Source: Bacteroidota bacterium
Lineage (GTDB): Bacteria; Bacteroidota; Bacteroidia; Bacteroidales; Porphyromonadaceae
Reading direction: 5' to 3'
Assembly: GCA_023395395.1 (NCBI GenBank)
Contig: JAEWZH010000018.1
Span: 13,187 to 77,186, forward strand
Length of the DNA stretch: 64,000 nucleotides
The notes under the pieces were generated by a model, which had not been told where the DNA came from, did not search any database, and saw nothing but the letters and a program-made list of their open reading frames with translations. A program made the translations under genes and the position numbers. The first letter of the stretch is position 1; each line of letters starts with the position of its first letter. This document shows positions 21,072 through 31,131 of this stretch, in pieces.

Positions 21072-21309
21072 GAGATTACGACTGGGGTACTATATGGCGT
21101 TTCTGAAGAGAGGGCTCCTATGCTCTTGGTCTATAGTAGACATCGGAGACTTAAGCCATAAAGCTCTGTATTATAGAGCGTTATCATAAAGTTCTATAGC
21201 CTTTTTGAGGATCTCTCGGGTCTCCCGTCTGAGTCACGCTTGTGATGAAGCCCAAGTGTGCTTCGTAATCGGTCATCTCTCGAGAGACCTTCTGTCCATT
21301 GTCTCAGAG

Positions 21310-21715
21310 GCATACTTACTGGAAGCCCGAACGGCTCACTTTCGAGGTCACACAAAGTCGCTTCTGGTGAAGCTTCTTATCCTCTAGGCTCTGCTGCCCA
21401 AGTATCTTCAGGGCTTTGAATCGGTCTTTTTTTAATCGATACCGTATCCCTTCATCACAGTCTCCAGTAGTGTCTTATGTCCCGAGCATTTACTTTCGCC
21501 TCGTGTCTGTCGAACTTAAGAAGCTTTACTTGACGCTTTAGTTCGGCAATCTCTCGTAATAAGTCTTCTTTGTCCTTTCCTATAATGCCTTCTTGGGTGG
21601 TTGCCATCCCCAAGGTGCCCAACCAAAGATAAATGGAAGAGACAGAAATGTTAAATTTCTCTGACAATGATTGCGCACTCGCCCCTATTTGGAGTATATG
21701 TGCCTGAAAAAGCAT
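21310..21715 (-). mobile_element. Degenerate IS3-family transposase remnant (orfA plus start of orfB)
   Basis: HTH-like LSEKFNISVSSIYLWL plus coiled coil; shifted frame KTLLETVMKGYGID*KKTDSKP*; A7G slippery-like run; orfB-like LCVTSKVSRSGFQ* with stops; boundaries approximate. Confidence 0.7.
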
Positions 21716-21845
21716 GAAATCAACAAATCGGTATCCTTGACTTGGGTGAATTAAGAGGTTAGAGTAGTAGTGTGCAGGTGGTGAGATTTTTGTAAGTTTG
21801 CTCTCGATGGGGACGGATATTTATTATATTACATAATAATATACT

Positions 21846-22760
21846 ATGGGTAGCAAAAGATTGTTTCTAAAGGGGATGGGGACGGCTATTGTCACACCGT
21901 TTAAACAAGATAAGAGCGTAGATTACAACACTTTGGAGACACTTGTAGAGCGACAAATCCAATGTGGTGTAGATTTCTTAGTCGTATTGGGGACGACCGC
22001 AGAGACCCCTACGCTGAGTATAGCCGAGCAGGACGTAATCATCCATACTTGCGTCAAGGTGAATAATGGGCGGGTACCGCTGATTGTAGGGGCATCCTCC
22101 AATGGCACTTTGAGGACAATTGATAGGCTCAAGACCATGCCTACTGAGGGGGTAGATGCTGTATTGGTGGTTTGCCCCTATTATAACAAACCATCTCAGG
22201 AGGGGCTCTTCCAGCACTTTAAGGCGATCTCAGACGCTTCACCCTTTCCGATTATTTTATACAACGTACCTGCACGTACAGCGGTGAATATGCTCCCCGC
22301 TACTACGCTGAGATTAGCTAGAGAGTGCCCCAATATTATTGGTATCAAGGAGGCGAGTGGAATTGTGGGGCAAATTGATTTAGTATCTAAGCAACGCCCT
22401 AAGGATTTCTTCGTGTTGGCAGGTGATGATACCATCACTTTCCCTCTGATGGCACTTGGCGTAGATGGTGTCATCTCCGTAATTGGTAATGTATTTCCCA
22501 AGCAGTTTGGCAAGATGGTGCATTTGATGCAGGAGAAGCGATATGAAGAGGCGCTGGTAATACACCATTTCTTTAAGGAGCTATATGGTCTCCTCTTTGT
22601 GGACGGTAATCCTGTAGGGGTGAAGTGTGCTATGGCGCAATTGGGCCTATTGGAGGAAGTGTTGAGATTGCCACTTGTGGAGATGCAAAGCCCCAATAGG
22701 GAAAAGATGGTGGAGGAGATAAAACTCCTTTGTACATCGGAAATTATCAAAGGAGAATAA
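21846..22760 (+). CDS. dapA: 4-hydroxy-tetrahydrodipicolinate synthase
   Basis: TAIVTPF, GTTAE, PYYNKP, YNVPART, GIKEASG; TAAGTTTG at 21793-21800. Confidence 0.93.
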   Translation: MGSKRLFLKGMGTAIVTPFKQDKSVDYNTLETLVERQIQCGVDFLVVLGTTAETPTLSIAEQDVIIHTCVKVNNGRVPLIVGASSNGTLRTIDRLKTMPTEGVDAVLVVCPYYNKPSQEGLFQHFKAISDASPFPIILYNVPARTAVNMLPATTLRLARECPNIIGIKEASGIVGQIDLVSKQRPKDFFVLAGDDTITFPLMALGVDGVISVIGNVFPKQFGKMVHLMQEKRYEEALVIHHFFKELYGLLFVDGNPVGVKCAMAQLGLLEEVLRLPLVEMQSPNREKMVEEIKLLCTSEIIKGE

Positions 22761-22779
22761 GTACTTGTACAATATATAG

Positions 22780-24048
22780 ATGGACAATACAATGACAAAA
22801 ACTGGTGGAGCGGGAAGAGTAAAGTTGCAGTTGATCGCAATGAACTTTCTGCAGTTTGCTATATGGGGGGCGTGGTTGATATCACTAGGCGCTTACTTAG
22901 GGGGGACACTACAGTTTAGTGGTATTCAGATTGGTAGCTTCTTTGCTACTATGGGTATTGCTGCGCTTTTTATGCCTACTTTGATGGGTATCATTGCCGA
23001 TAAATGGATTCCTGCCGAGCGCTTAATCGCTCTTTGCCACCTCTTTGCTGGGGTGTTGATGGTCTATGCCGCTCAGAGAGTGGATTATATAGGGTTATAT
23101 ACTTTTGTGCTTCTAAGTGTTTGTTTTTACATGCCTACACTTGGTCTTACCAATGCAGTTGCGTATAGTAAGTTGAATGAGGCAAAGTTAGACTCAGTCA
23201 AGCACTTTCCCCCGATTCGTGTCTTTGGGACTATCGGCTTTATCGTAGCCATGCTAGTGATAGATTGGAGTGGTGTGAAGATGACCAATATTCAACTCTA
23301 CATCTCTGCTGGTCTTTCGTTTGTACTGGCACTCTACATGCTGACCTTTAAGCCCACGCCCATCGTGAAGAAAGAGGAGAAGTCCGATATTACACTTACA
23401 GAAAAACTAGGTCTACAGGCCTTTGCTCTATTCAAAGAGCGAAGGATGGCAGTCTTCTTTATCTTTAGTATGCTGCTCGGAATTTGCTTGCAAATCACTA
23501 ATGGATATGCCAATGACTATCTGACTAATTACTTCGGGAAGATGCCTGAGTACGCTGATAGTTTTGGCGTGAAGTACTCGGGGACACTCATCTCACTATC
23601 TCAAATATCGGAGGCTGTGTGTATTTTGCTGATACCCTTCTTCCTTAGGAAATATGGTATCAAGGTAGTGATGCTCATCAGTCTCTTTGCTTGGGTGCTG
23701 AGATTTGGTTTCCTTGGGTTTGGCAATCCCGGGGATGGGGTGGTGTTGCTCATTTTCTCAATGCTTGTTTATGGTGTGGCATTTGACTTCTTCAATATCT
23801 CCGGTTCGCTCTACGTAGACCAAAATACTGATGTGAGTATCCGTAGTAGTGCTCAAGGGGTATTCTTGATGATGACCAACGGCTTTGGTTCGTTTATCGG
23901 CTCTTATGTCGCAGGGTGGGTTGTTGATAAGTGGGGATATCCCTATTCATGGTATATCTTTGCTGCCTATGCTCTGACCATTACGATTGCTTTTTATTTC
24001 TTGTTTCAAGACAAACCTAAAGATAAGATAGCTTATGGACATGCTTGA
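22780..24048 (+). CDS. MFS nucleoside:H+ symporter (NupG-like)
   Basis: FLQFAIWGAW, IRVFGTIGF, SQISE, FDFFNISG. Confidence 0.88.
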   Translation: MDNTMTKTGGAGRVKLQLIAMNFLQFAIWGAWLISLGAYLGGTLQFSGIQIGSFFATMGIAALFMPTLMGIIADKWIPAERLIALCHLFAGVLMVYAAQRVDYIGLYTFVLLSVCFYMPTLGLTNAVAYSKLNEAKLDSVKHFPPIRVFGTIGFIVAMLVIDWSGVKMTNIQLYISAGLSFVLALYMLTFKPTPIVKKEEKSDITLTEKLGLQAFALFKERRMAVFFIFSMLLGICLQITNGYANDYLTNYFGKMPEYADSFGVKYSGTLISLSQISEAVCILLIPFFLRKYGIKVVMLISLFAWVLRFGFLGFGNPGDGVVLLIFSMLVYGVAFDFFNISGSLYVDQNTDVSIRSSAQGVFLMMTNGFGSFIGSYVAGWVVDKWGYPYSWYIFAAYALTITIAFYFLFQDKPKDKIAYGHA

Positions 24049-24556
24049 CTTATTGAGGACACGTCGATCTATACGAAAATATGACCCCACTAGGGCTGTC
24101 CCTGACGAGATACTGGAGCGTATTATAGAGGCAGGGCGCATTGCCCCTTCTGCTTGCAACAAACAGCCATGGCACTTCTATCTGATAAAGAGTGAAGAGG
24201 CAAGGGAAAGGGTGTGGGCGTGCTATGACCGTCCTTGGGTACAGGATGCTTATGCTTATATCCTGATTGTCGGTGAGGTGGAACAGTGTTGGACTTATCC
24301 AGATGGGTTAGGGGATACTTCTCTCTATACCGACTGTGCGATTGCGACTACAAGTATGATGATGCAGGCTTGGTCAGAAGGCGTCGGGAGCTTATGGATT
24401 TGCAACTTTGATAGACCAAAGTGTTGCGAACTATTTGGGCTAGACGTCAATAACCGACGCCCCATAAGTATCTTGGCACTTGGCTATCCTGATGTGGACA
24501 CTACGACATTGCCCTTCAGACGGAAAGAAAAAGAAGAAATACTGACACTACTCTGA
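24035..24556 (+). CDS. Nitroreductase family protein
   Basis: RRSIRKY, APSACNKQPW, LALGYP. Confidence 0.9.
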   Translation: MDMLDLLRTRRSIRKYDPTRAVPDEILERIIEAGRIAPSACNKQPWHFYLIKSEEARERVWACYDRPWVQDAYAYILIVGEVEQCWTYPDGLGDTSLYTDCAIATTSMMMQAWSEGVGSLWICNFDRPKCCELFGLDVNNRRPISILALGYPDVDTTTLPFRRKEKEEILTLL

Positions 24557-24587
24557 AACACACAAACTATTTAGTAAAATTTAATCT

Positions 24588-26573
24588 ATGAGAGCATTGA
24601 CAGAGAGAGAGGTGGCATTATTGGAAAATAATAATTGCCACTCGGATGATTGGACACTCATCTCGGTAGCAGAGCATTTTGATCCCTCGTGCTGTAAAGA
24701 TGTGGTATTTATGGGAGCGTGCACTATCGGAGACCTTAGGGGTAGCCGTACAAATGAATACGAAGTATCTATGCCTAATGGTATTCGTTCAGCTCGTATT
24801 CATGAGTGTAATATTGGCGATGGAGCTTGTATCGATCATATACACGATTGTCTCTCCCGTTATGACATAGGTGAGAATGTGACTATCTCTAACGTGGATG
24901 TAATAGCGATGAGGGGCGAGAGCTCTTTTGGTGTAGGAGTCAGGGCTTCAGTCCTTGATGAGACTGGCGGTATTGAAGTCCCTATCTCTCGTAACCTTAA
25001 TGCTCAAACAGCCTATATGCTTACGCTGATGAGTTTTCGAGACAGTGAATTGAGGGAGCGATTAATTGCCCTTATAGACAATGAGGCAGAAGAGGTCCGA
25101 TCTACGAGAGGTAAAATAGAGGCACACGTAGTGATTAGAAATACAGGCTCGATTATTAATACCTTCGTTGGGACTCATGCCAAGATTGAGGGAGCTACAA
25201 AGCTTGAAAACTGTAGCCTTTGCAGTAGTGTAGAACACCCGATATACATAGGATACAATGTGCAGGGACGAGATTTTGTCGCTTCGTTAGGTGCTATGAT
25301 TGGTGGCAGTTCTATTGTAGAGCGTTGCTTTGTAGGTCAATCGTGCCATATTGACCATCTATTCTCTGCGCATGATTCGCTAATTTTTGCTAATTGCAAT
25401 CTGGAGAATGGAGAAGCTTGTGCCATTTTTGCAGGCCCTTTCACAGTCTCTAGTCATAAAAGTAGTTTGCTGATTGCAGGATATTTTTCTTTCCTCAATG
25501 CTGGAAGTGGCTCCAACCAGAGCAATCACCTATACAAGCTGGGTCCTATCCACCAAGGAGTAGTGGAGAGAGGGTCTAAAACAAGTTCGGATTCTTATGT
25601 CCTTTGGCCTTCCCGAATCGGAGCATTTACACTCATAATGGGCAGGCACGTACACAATGTGGATACTACAGACTTCCCATTTAGCTATCTCATTGAGGCT
25701 GAAAATAAGAGCTATTTAGTCCCTGGGCGTAATCTATTGAGTGTAGGGACGATGCGTGATGCTAAGAAATGGCCTGCAAGAGACAAACGCCCGAAAAATT
25801 CTCGTCCTGATTGTATCAACTACAATCTTCTTAGCCCTTTTACAATTGGAAAGATGGAGCGAGCTTATAATCAATTGAAGAGCCTCCAAGACTTCCTCGG
25901 ACTACATGATCATGTGTATGTCTTTAACAATATCTTTATCAAATCGAGTAGCTTGAAACGAGGTATGGAGACCTATCGCTGGGGGATTGAGAAATTTATT
26001 GGAAATTCACTAATTCAGAGGATTCAAGATAAATTTGGCGACAGACCAATCAACTCAGAAAAAGAACTACTTAATGCTCTCCTTCCTGATCATACAGATG
26101 GGATTGGAGAGTGGATTGATGTGTGTGGTATGATAGCTCCGATACAAGGGCTTCATGAAATAATTCGTCAGATCAAGTCTGGTGTGCTTTCTACACTTCC
26201 TGATGTAAATAGGGCAGTGAGACATCTGCATAGTCGATATTATGAATTGGAGTGGGATTGGAGTTATGAACTTCTTTGTCGTTGGTTTGGGGCTCCATTA
26301 TCTACCTCTAAGGTGGTGGAAATTATAGATCGCTGGCTCCTTGCTGTAGTCGCAATCGATGAAGCACTCCTCAAGGACGCACATAAGGAGTACAATATTA
26401 TCGGTAGGGTAAACCTTGGTATTCAACCTGATAATGATCTAAATAGTTCGTATGCCGAGCAAATCGAAGAAGAGTTCCGACACAATTCGATTGTACTTTC
26501 TGTAAAAGAACATATAGATCGAAAGAAGTCTCTTGGTGCTACTATTTTAAAGCAGTTGTCGGCAATTCGTTAG
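24588..26573 (+). CDS. DUF4954 family protein (left-handed beta-helix-like)
   Basis: ENGEACAIFAGPFTVSSHKSSLLI, NAGSGSNQSNHLYKLGP..QG..ERGSK. Confidence 0.8.
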   Translation: MRALTEREVALLENNNCHSDDWTLISVAEHFDPSCCKDVVFMGACTIGDLRGSRTNEYEVSMPNGIRSARIHECNIGDGACIDHIHDCLSRYDIGENVTISNVDVIAMRGESSFGVGVRASVLDETGGIEVPISRNLNAQTAYMLTLMSFRDSELRERLIALIDNEAEEVRSTRGKIEAHVVIRNTGSIINTFVGTHAKIEGATKLENCSLCSSVEHPIYIGYNVQGRDFVASLGAMIGGSSIVERCFVGQSCHIDHLFSAHDSLIFANCNLENGEACAIFAGPFTVSSHKSSLLIAGYFSFLNAGSGSNQSNHLYKLGPIHQGVVERGSKTSSDSYVLWPSRIGAFTLIMGRHVHNVDTTDFPFSYLIEAENKSYLVPGRNLLSVGTMRDAKKWPARDKRPKNSRPDCINYNLLSPFTIGKMERAYNQLKSLQDFLGLHDHVYVFNNIFIKSSSLKRGMETYRWGIEKFIGNSLIQRIQDKFGDRPINSEKELLNALLPDHTDGIGEWIDVCGMIAPIQGLHEIIRQIKSGVLSTLPDVNRAVRHLHSRYYELEWDWSYELLCRWFGAPLSTSKVVEIIDRWLLAVVAIDEALLKDAHKEYNIIGRVNLGIQPDNDLNSSYAEQIEEEFRHNSIVLSVKEHIDRKKSLGATILKQLSAIR

Positions 26574-26762
26574 TCTGCCACTACCAAAACAAAGTAAATT
26601 AAGCTGTTACGACACAAAATTTATGGCTTAGGATTTCGAGAAGCCAATTAAAAATGTTATCTTTGCAGTCCTATTACCATATATGGTGTGTAAATAAGTG
26701 TGATAGCACCGTCCAAATTGTTGCGGTGGTAAGTATATAACGATTGAAAAGAAATAGATATC

Positions 26763-27047
26763 ATGACTAAAGCAGAGCTCGTAGGAGAGATCTCAAGAAA
26801 GACAGGTCTAGAAAAGAAGCAGGTGATGGAGACCGTGGAGACCCTGATGGATGTAGTGAGCAATAGCCTCGCAGCAGGAGAGCCGGTATATCTTCGTGGG
26901 TTTGGAAGTTTTATTATCAAGCAGCGCGCTGCTAAGACTGCTCGTAATATTACAAAGAATACTACGATTCAGTTACCCGCCCGTAAGGTGCCGGCATTTA
27001 AGCCATCTAAGACGTTGTCTGTAAAAGTAGACAAGAAGAATGCCTAA
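26763..27047 (+). CDS. HU family DNA-binding protein
   Basis: MTKAEL, LRGFGSF, ARNI, PAFKPS; TATCTTTG at 26658-26665. Confidence 0.93.
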   Translation: MTKAELVGEISRKTGLEKKQVMETVETLMDVVSNSLAAGEPVYLRGFGSFIIKQRAAKTARNITKNTTIQLPARKVPAFKPSKTLSVKVDKKNA

Positions 27048-27086
27048 GTCAGGCAAAATTGATAACAACTAATATAGATTTGTAAT

Positions 27087-27176
27087 ATGCCAAGCGGAAA
27101 GAAGAGAAAGCGCCATAAGATGGCTACGCACAAGCGTAAGAAGAGACTGCGTAAGAACCGCCATAAGAAGAAGTAA
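27087..27176 (+). CDS. Small basic ribosomal protein bS22-like (AURKAIP1/COX24/mS38 family), 29 aa
   Basis: Manual translation MPSGKKRKRHKMATHKRKKRLRKNRHKKK*; below the ORF-track cutoff. Confidence 0.85.
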   Translation: MPSGKKRKRHKMATHKRKKRLRKNRHKKK

Positions 27177-27398
27177 TATTTTCTTGATTATGGTGTGACT
27201 CCAGCATGGGTACCCAACTCTGGGCATAGATTGGTGGCTATGAAGCTACGACAAGCATGCTAAAAAAGCATAGGCTCTTGGAGAGGTTGCGCCTACTTAC
27301 GATAGGAAAAGCAGCAACTCCGGGGGCTTATTTGCTTTACGAGGGAATGAGGACTGTGTTGGAGATAATTTGTTAATTTATTTATTACCAAAACTCGT

Positions 27399-29060
27399 GT
27401 GAAAAGTGAACTAATCATAGATGTACGACCTAAGGAGGTCTCCATAGCTGTCTTAGAGGACAAGCGACTGGTAGAACTCCAAAGAGAGAAGCAGAATATT
27501 GCTTACTCTGTGGGCGACATCTACCTCGGCAGGGTGAAGAAGATCATGCCTGGACTGAATGCAGCTTTCGTAGAGATCGGACATAAGAAGGAGGCTTTTC
27601 TCCACTACCGAGATTTAGGAGCTAACTTCAGGACAGCAAAGAGCTTCATCCAAGCACAGAGAAAGTATGGCAAGAGCTTTTCTCCCGAGAGGGTAAGGTT
27701 GGAAAAAGAGATCGACAAAGCTGGAGCAATATCGGATATGCTCCAGCAGGGCGATGAGCTGATGGTACAAATCACCAAAGAAGCAATTTCGACTAAGGGA
27801 CCAAGGGTCTCTTCGGAGCTTTCGTATGCTGGTAGATACCTCGTGCTTATTCCATTTGCCGATAAGGTATCGGTCTCACAAAAGATTAGAGATGCTGGGG
27901 AAAGGCAAAGACTCAAACAATTGATCCTCAGCATTAAACCCACCAATGTGTCTGTAATTGTACGGACATCAGCAGAGGGGGTAAAGGTGGCTGAGCTCGA
28001 TCACGAGATTCGTTCGCTCGTGAAAAAGTGGCAGACGACAGTCGAAAACCTTGGCAAGGAGCCAGAGCAAGAACAGACGAAAGGGAAGAAAGGACGTCAG
28101 AATAATAAACCTGCCGTATGGATGTTGCATCAAGAGAGCACACGTCTTCTCAGTCTGTTGAGGGATACTTACAGCTCGTCATTTAAGGAGATATGGATTA
28201 ATGACAAATCACTAGTTCAGGAAACTGCTGATTACATTGATTTGATTGACCCAGGACATGGCAACATTGTAAAGCTCTACGAGGGGCAGAAACCCATCTT
28301 TGATCATTATGAAGTTAGCCGACAAATTAAGCATCTATTTGGGAAGACTGTTACGTACAAAAGTGGAGCTTACCTCGTGATAGAGCAGACTGAGGCAATG
28401 CATGTGATCGATGTCAATAGCGGGAATCGTTCCAGAGGATCTAAGGAGCAGGAAGAAACAGCAGTAGATGTTAATATCTCTGCGGCTCAAGAGATTGCCC
28501 GACAGATGAGACTCCGTGACTTGGGTGGCATTATAATCATCGACTTCATTGATATGGCTCAGGCTGCCAATAGGCAGAAGTTATTTGAGCAAATGAATGA
28601 GTATATGCTGAATGACCGAGCTAAGCACACGATATTGCCGATTACAAAGTTTGGTCTGATGCAGATTACTCGTCAGAGGGTACGTCCCGCGACAAAGATT
28701 GAGACGGAAGAGATCTGCCCCACATGTCATGGCAAGGGACAAGTACAACCTACTATTTTCTTTGCCGACCAAGTAGAAGAATTGGTACGGAAACTTGTGA
28801 TTGAAGAGAAGATTAATAAATTTTCCCTTCATCTCCATCCTTTCGTCGCTGCTTATTTGACCAAGAAGAAGGGCTTTCTAGGGGGCTCTATACTCACGTC
28901 ATGGCGTGCAAGATATGGTAAGGGTATTAATATTGTCCCTGATGAGTCACTAGGTATGCTTGAGTACGAATTTTACGATACTGATAAAAATGAGCTCTCT
29001 TATATCCTTGAGCCTGAGGATGACAAGGAGGGCGAGAATAATCAGGATTTAGGGGACTAG
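27399..29060 (+). CDS. rng: Ribonuclease E/G family
   Basis: S1 domain GDIYLGRV..NAAFV, IDVNSG, RDLGGIIIIDFIDM, CPTCHGKG. Confidence 0.9.
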   Translation: MKSELIIDVRPKEVSIAVLEDKRLVELQREKQNIAYSVGDIYLGRVKKIMPGLNAAFVEIGHKKEAFLHYRDLGANFRTAKSFIQAQRKYGKSFSPERVRLEKEIDKAGAISDMLQQGDELMVQITKEAISTKGPRVSSELSYAGRYLVLIPFADKVSVSQKIRDAGERQRLKQLILSIKPTNVSVIVRTSAEGVKVAELDHEIRSLVKKWQTTVENLGKEPEQEQTKGKKGRQNNKPAVWMLHQESTRLLSLLRDTYSSSFKEIWINDKSLVQETADYIDLIDPGHGNIVKLYEGQKPIFDHYEVSRQIKHLFGKTVTYKSGAYLVIEQTEAMHVIDVNSGNRSRGSKEQEETAVDVNISAAQEIARQMRLRDLGGIIIIDFIDMAQAANRQKLFEQMNEYMLNDRAKHTILPITKFGLMQITRQRVRPATKIETEEICPTCHGKGQVQPTIFFADQVEELVRKLVIEEKINKFSLHLHPFVAAYLTKKKGFLGGSILTSWRARYGKGINIVPDESLGMLEYEFYDTDKNELSYILEPEDDKEGENNQDLGD

Positions 29061-29139
29061 ATCTATTTGCTTTTTCCAACCTTCTTCCTTATGGGAGAAT
29101 TTTAAGCACAATTATTCAAAGTGGAGCTCTTGACAATTT

Positions 29140-29390
29140 GTCGGGGCTCCACTTCTTTTTTTTTGTTGTGCGTCTTGGAGCACTTGTGCTGGTCTCATAA
29201 CGTCCGTCTTTTGTTTTGTAATGGTTGTAAATATAGCATTCGGGGATCTTACACACTTTTATGGGACAGCATCCTTCAGTTTGGCAATCTCTTGTAATAA
29301 GTTTTCTTTGTCCTTTCCTATAGGGATTCAACGCCCGCTTGGGCAGTTGTAATGCCGAAAGTCCTCAACCAAAGATAAATAGAAGAAATG
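29140..29390 (-). mobile_element. Second, more decayed IS3-family orfA remnant
   Basis: GGCAATCTCTTGTAATAAGTTTTCTTTGTCCTTTCCTATA and AACCAAAGATAAATAGAAGA nearly match 21545-21584 and 21621-21640; A9G run downstream on the minus strand; boundaries approximate. Confidence 0.65.
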
Positions 29391-29614
29391 TCACACTGAA
29401 GAGATCGATGCATCCTCAATAGTAGTCTCTGAAAATACTTTACTTATAATTTTGCATTCTTGAAGTGTCTACTATCTCAGAACGAGGATCCCTATTCTGT
29501 CCAATATTTATCTTGTAAAATGTAGGATAGGTGGTGATAAATTAGTAATTTTGTGGGAATTATAGTACTCGGCTACCAATAGGGAATAGCTGTGTGGTAG
29601 ATGGATAGATATAG

Positions 29615-31123
29615 ATGATGGATAGCAAGGATAAGAAGATGATGGTGGCGGTGCTCGACTTTGGAAGTAGTGCCATCAAGTTGGCTGTCGCTGAGAAAGG
29701 AATTGCAGGCGAAATTAAAGCTCCTCGAGGAGATCGTTTTAGGGTAGTATACCTCGATACGGAGCCATCTGAAGGAGCTGTGCAGAGAGGTGTGGTTTTT
29801 AATCTCTCCGAGACATCCGAAAAGGTACGTAATCTCTTGGCACGAGCCGAAGAGGAGATAGGAGTCAAACTTACGAACGTATATGCTAGTATCTCTGGTC
29901 AGGGTTTACATTCCCTTTTGGCCAAAATGTCTGAGGAGTATGCTGCACCTCATGAGATTACGGATCAAGATATTCGTGGTATTTGGAATGCCCTGGACGA
30001 AGAACCAGATAAACTCTATCTATATTCCGATCCTGCTTTTGCTCGGTTTGTGGTGAATGGCAGTGCCGTACAACGTCCTGTGGGCGTGAAAGCGATGAGG
30101 CTGGAAATGAGTATTCAGGCTGTCGTGACCGATGCTGTCGTTGGCGACAATGTGGAGGAAGTACTTTCCCGAAAACTAGGGCTCGGTCTTCCTCCTTATC
30201 TTGTCGGTGCTATTGAACTCAGTAAGAGAGTATTGACTCCTGAGCAAAAGAGGATTGGTTCAGCCATGATTGACTTCGGAGCCGAGACTACTACCGTTTG
30301 CTATTTCAACCATGGCGTTTTAGAGTCGTTGAGGGTGATACCAATGGGTGGCAATCAATTGACTTACGATCTTACATCATTAGACATTAGTCCAGAGGAG
30401 GCGGAACGCATAAAGCTGACAAGTGGTTCGCTGACTCTGGATACGAGCGATAAGGAGGAGCTCACGGTCAAGGCTCCAGATATGCGTACAGATAAGAGGA
30501 TTTCACGTTACAAGGTCAATCAGTTTATAGAGGCACGTACTCGTGAAATTGTCGATAATATAAAGGCGATAGTAGCTCGCGCCAAAGGAGCCGAGAATGA
30601 TTATAGACTTCCGGGTGGTATTGTGATTACCGGAGGTGCATCTCAGCTTACAGGTCTTACGGATTACGTCAAACAACAGTTTGGGGGGGAGCTGAGTGTA
30701 AAGCAAGTGGGCGCAGGCTTCTTTCCCGATGCCAATAATGAGGAACTTATCAATAACCCGGAGTTTCATTGCGTTTACGCACTGCTGTACCAAGCAGAGG
30801 AGGATGCGACGCTTCCTGTGGATATCGAACAGGCTACTGAAATACCTACCCCGGATACGCCGATAGTGGTAGCAGTTGGTGAGCGTGAGGACGGGAAAGT
30901 AGCACCTGTAATTACTCCTACACCAGCTTCGCTCTTTGATGACGAGGTGATGGAGGAGATGGAAGTGGATGAAACCGCGGCAAGGGCGACAGCACCTGCT
31001 CTGAAAAGGGGTAAGAAAAAAGCAGTGAAGAAAGGTGGCTTTTGGGGTTCTCTCAGTAAGGGCTTTACAGAGCTTTTTGCAATGCAAGAGGATGAGTCAC
31101 AATTGTCAGACGACGAGGATTGA
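29615..31123 (+). CDS. ftsA: Cell division protein FtsA (divergent)
   Basis: LDFGSS, IDFGAETT, PMGGNQLTYDL, AERIK, ITGGAS, C-terminal amphipathic GFWGSLSKGFTELF; precedes ftsZ. Confidence 0.85.
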   Translation: MMDSKDKKMMVAVLDFGSSAIKLAVAEKGIAGEIKAPRGDRFRVVYLDTEPSEGAVQRGVVFNLSETSEKVRNLLARAEEEIGVKLTNVYASISGQGLHSLLAKMSEEYAAPHEITDQDIRGIWNALDEEPDKLYLYSDPAFARFVVNGSAVQRPVGVKAMRLEMSIQAVVTDAVVGDNVEEVLSRKLGLGLPPYLVGAIELSKRVLTPEQKRIGSAMIDFGAETTTVCYFNHGVLESLRVIPMGGNQLTYDLTSLDISPEEAERIKLTSGSLTLDTSDKEELTVKAPDMRTDKRISRYKVNQFIEARTREIVDNIKAIVARAKGAENDYRLPGGIVITGGASQLTGLTDYVKQQFGGELSVKQVGAGFFPDANNEELINNPEFHCVYALLYQAEEDATLPVDIEQATEIPTPDTPIVVAVGEREDGKVAPVITPTPASLFDDEVMEEMEVDETAARATAPALKRGKKKAVKKGGFWGSLSKGFTELFAMQEDESQLSDDED

Positions 31124-31131
31124 TTGAAAAT

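Noticed and set aside
21120..21200. CTATAG-like words right of array B, and CTCTATATGG at 42524
   Set aside because: They are degenerate and, at least at 42524, off the 22-bp phase; not counted as array units.
29116..29331. 71-aa minus-strand ORF
   Set aside because: It overlaps the decayed IS relic and has no recognisable motifs; likely spurious.
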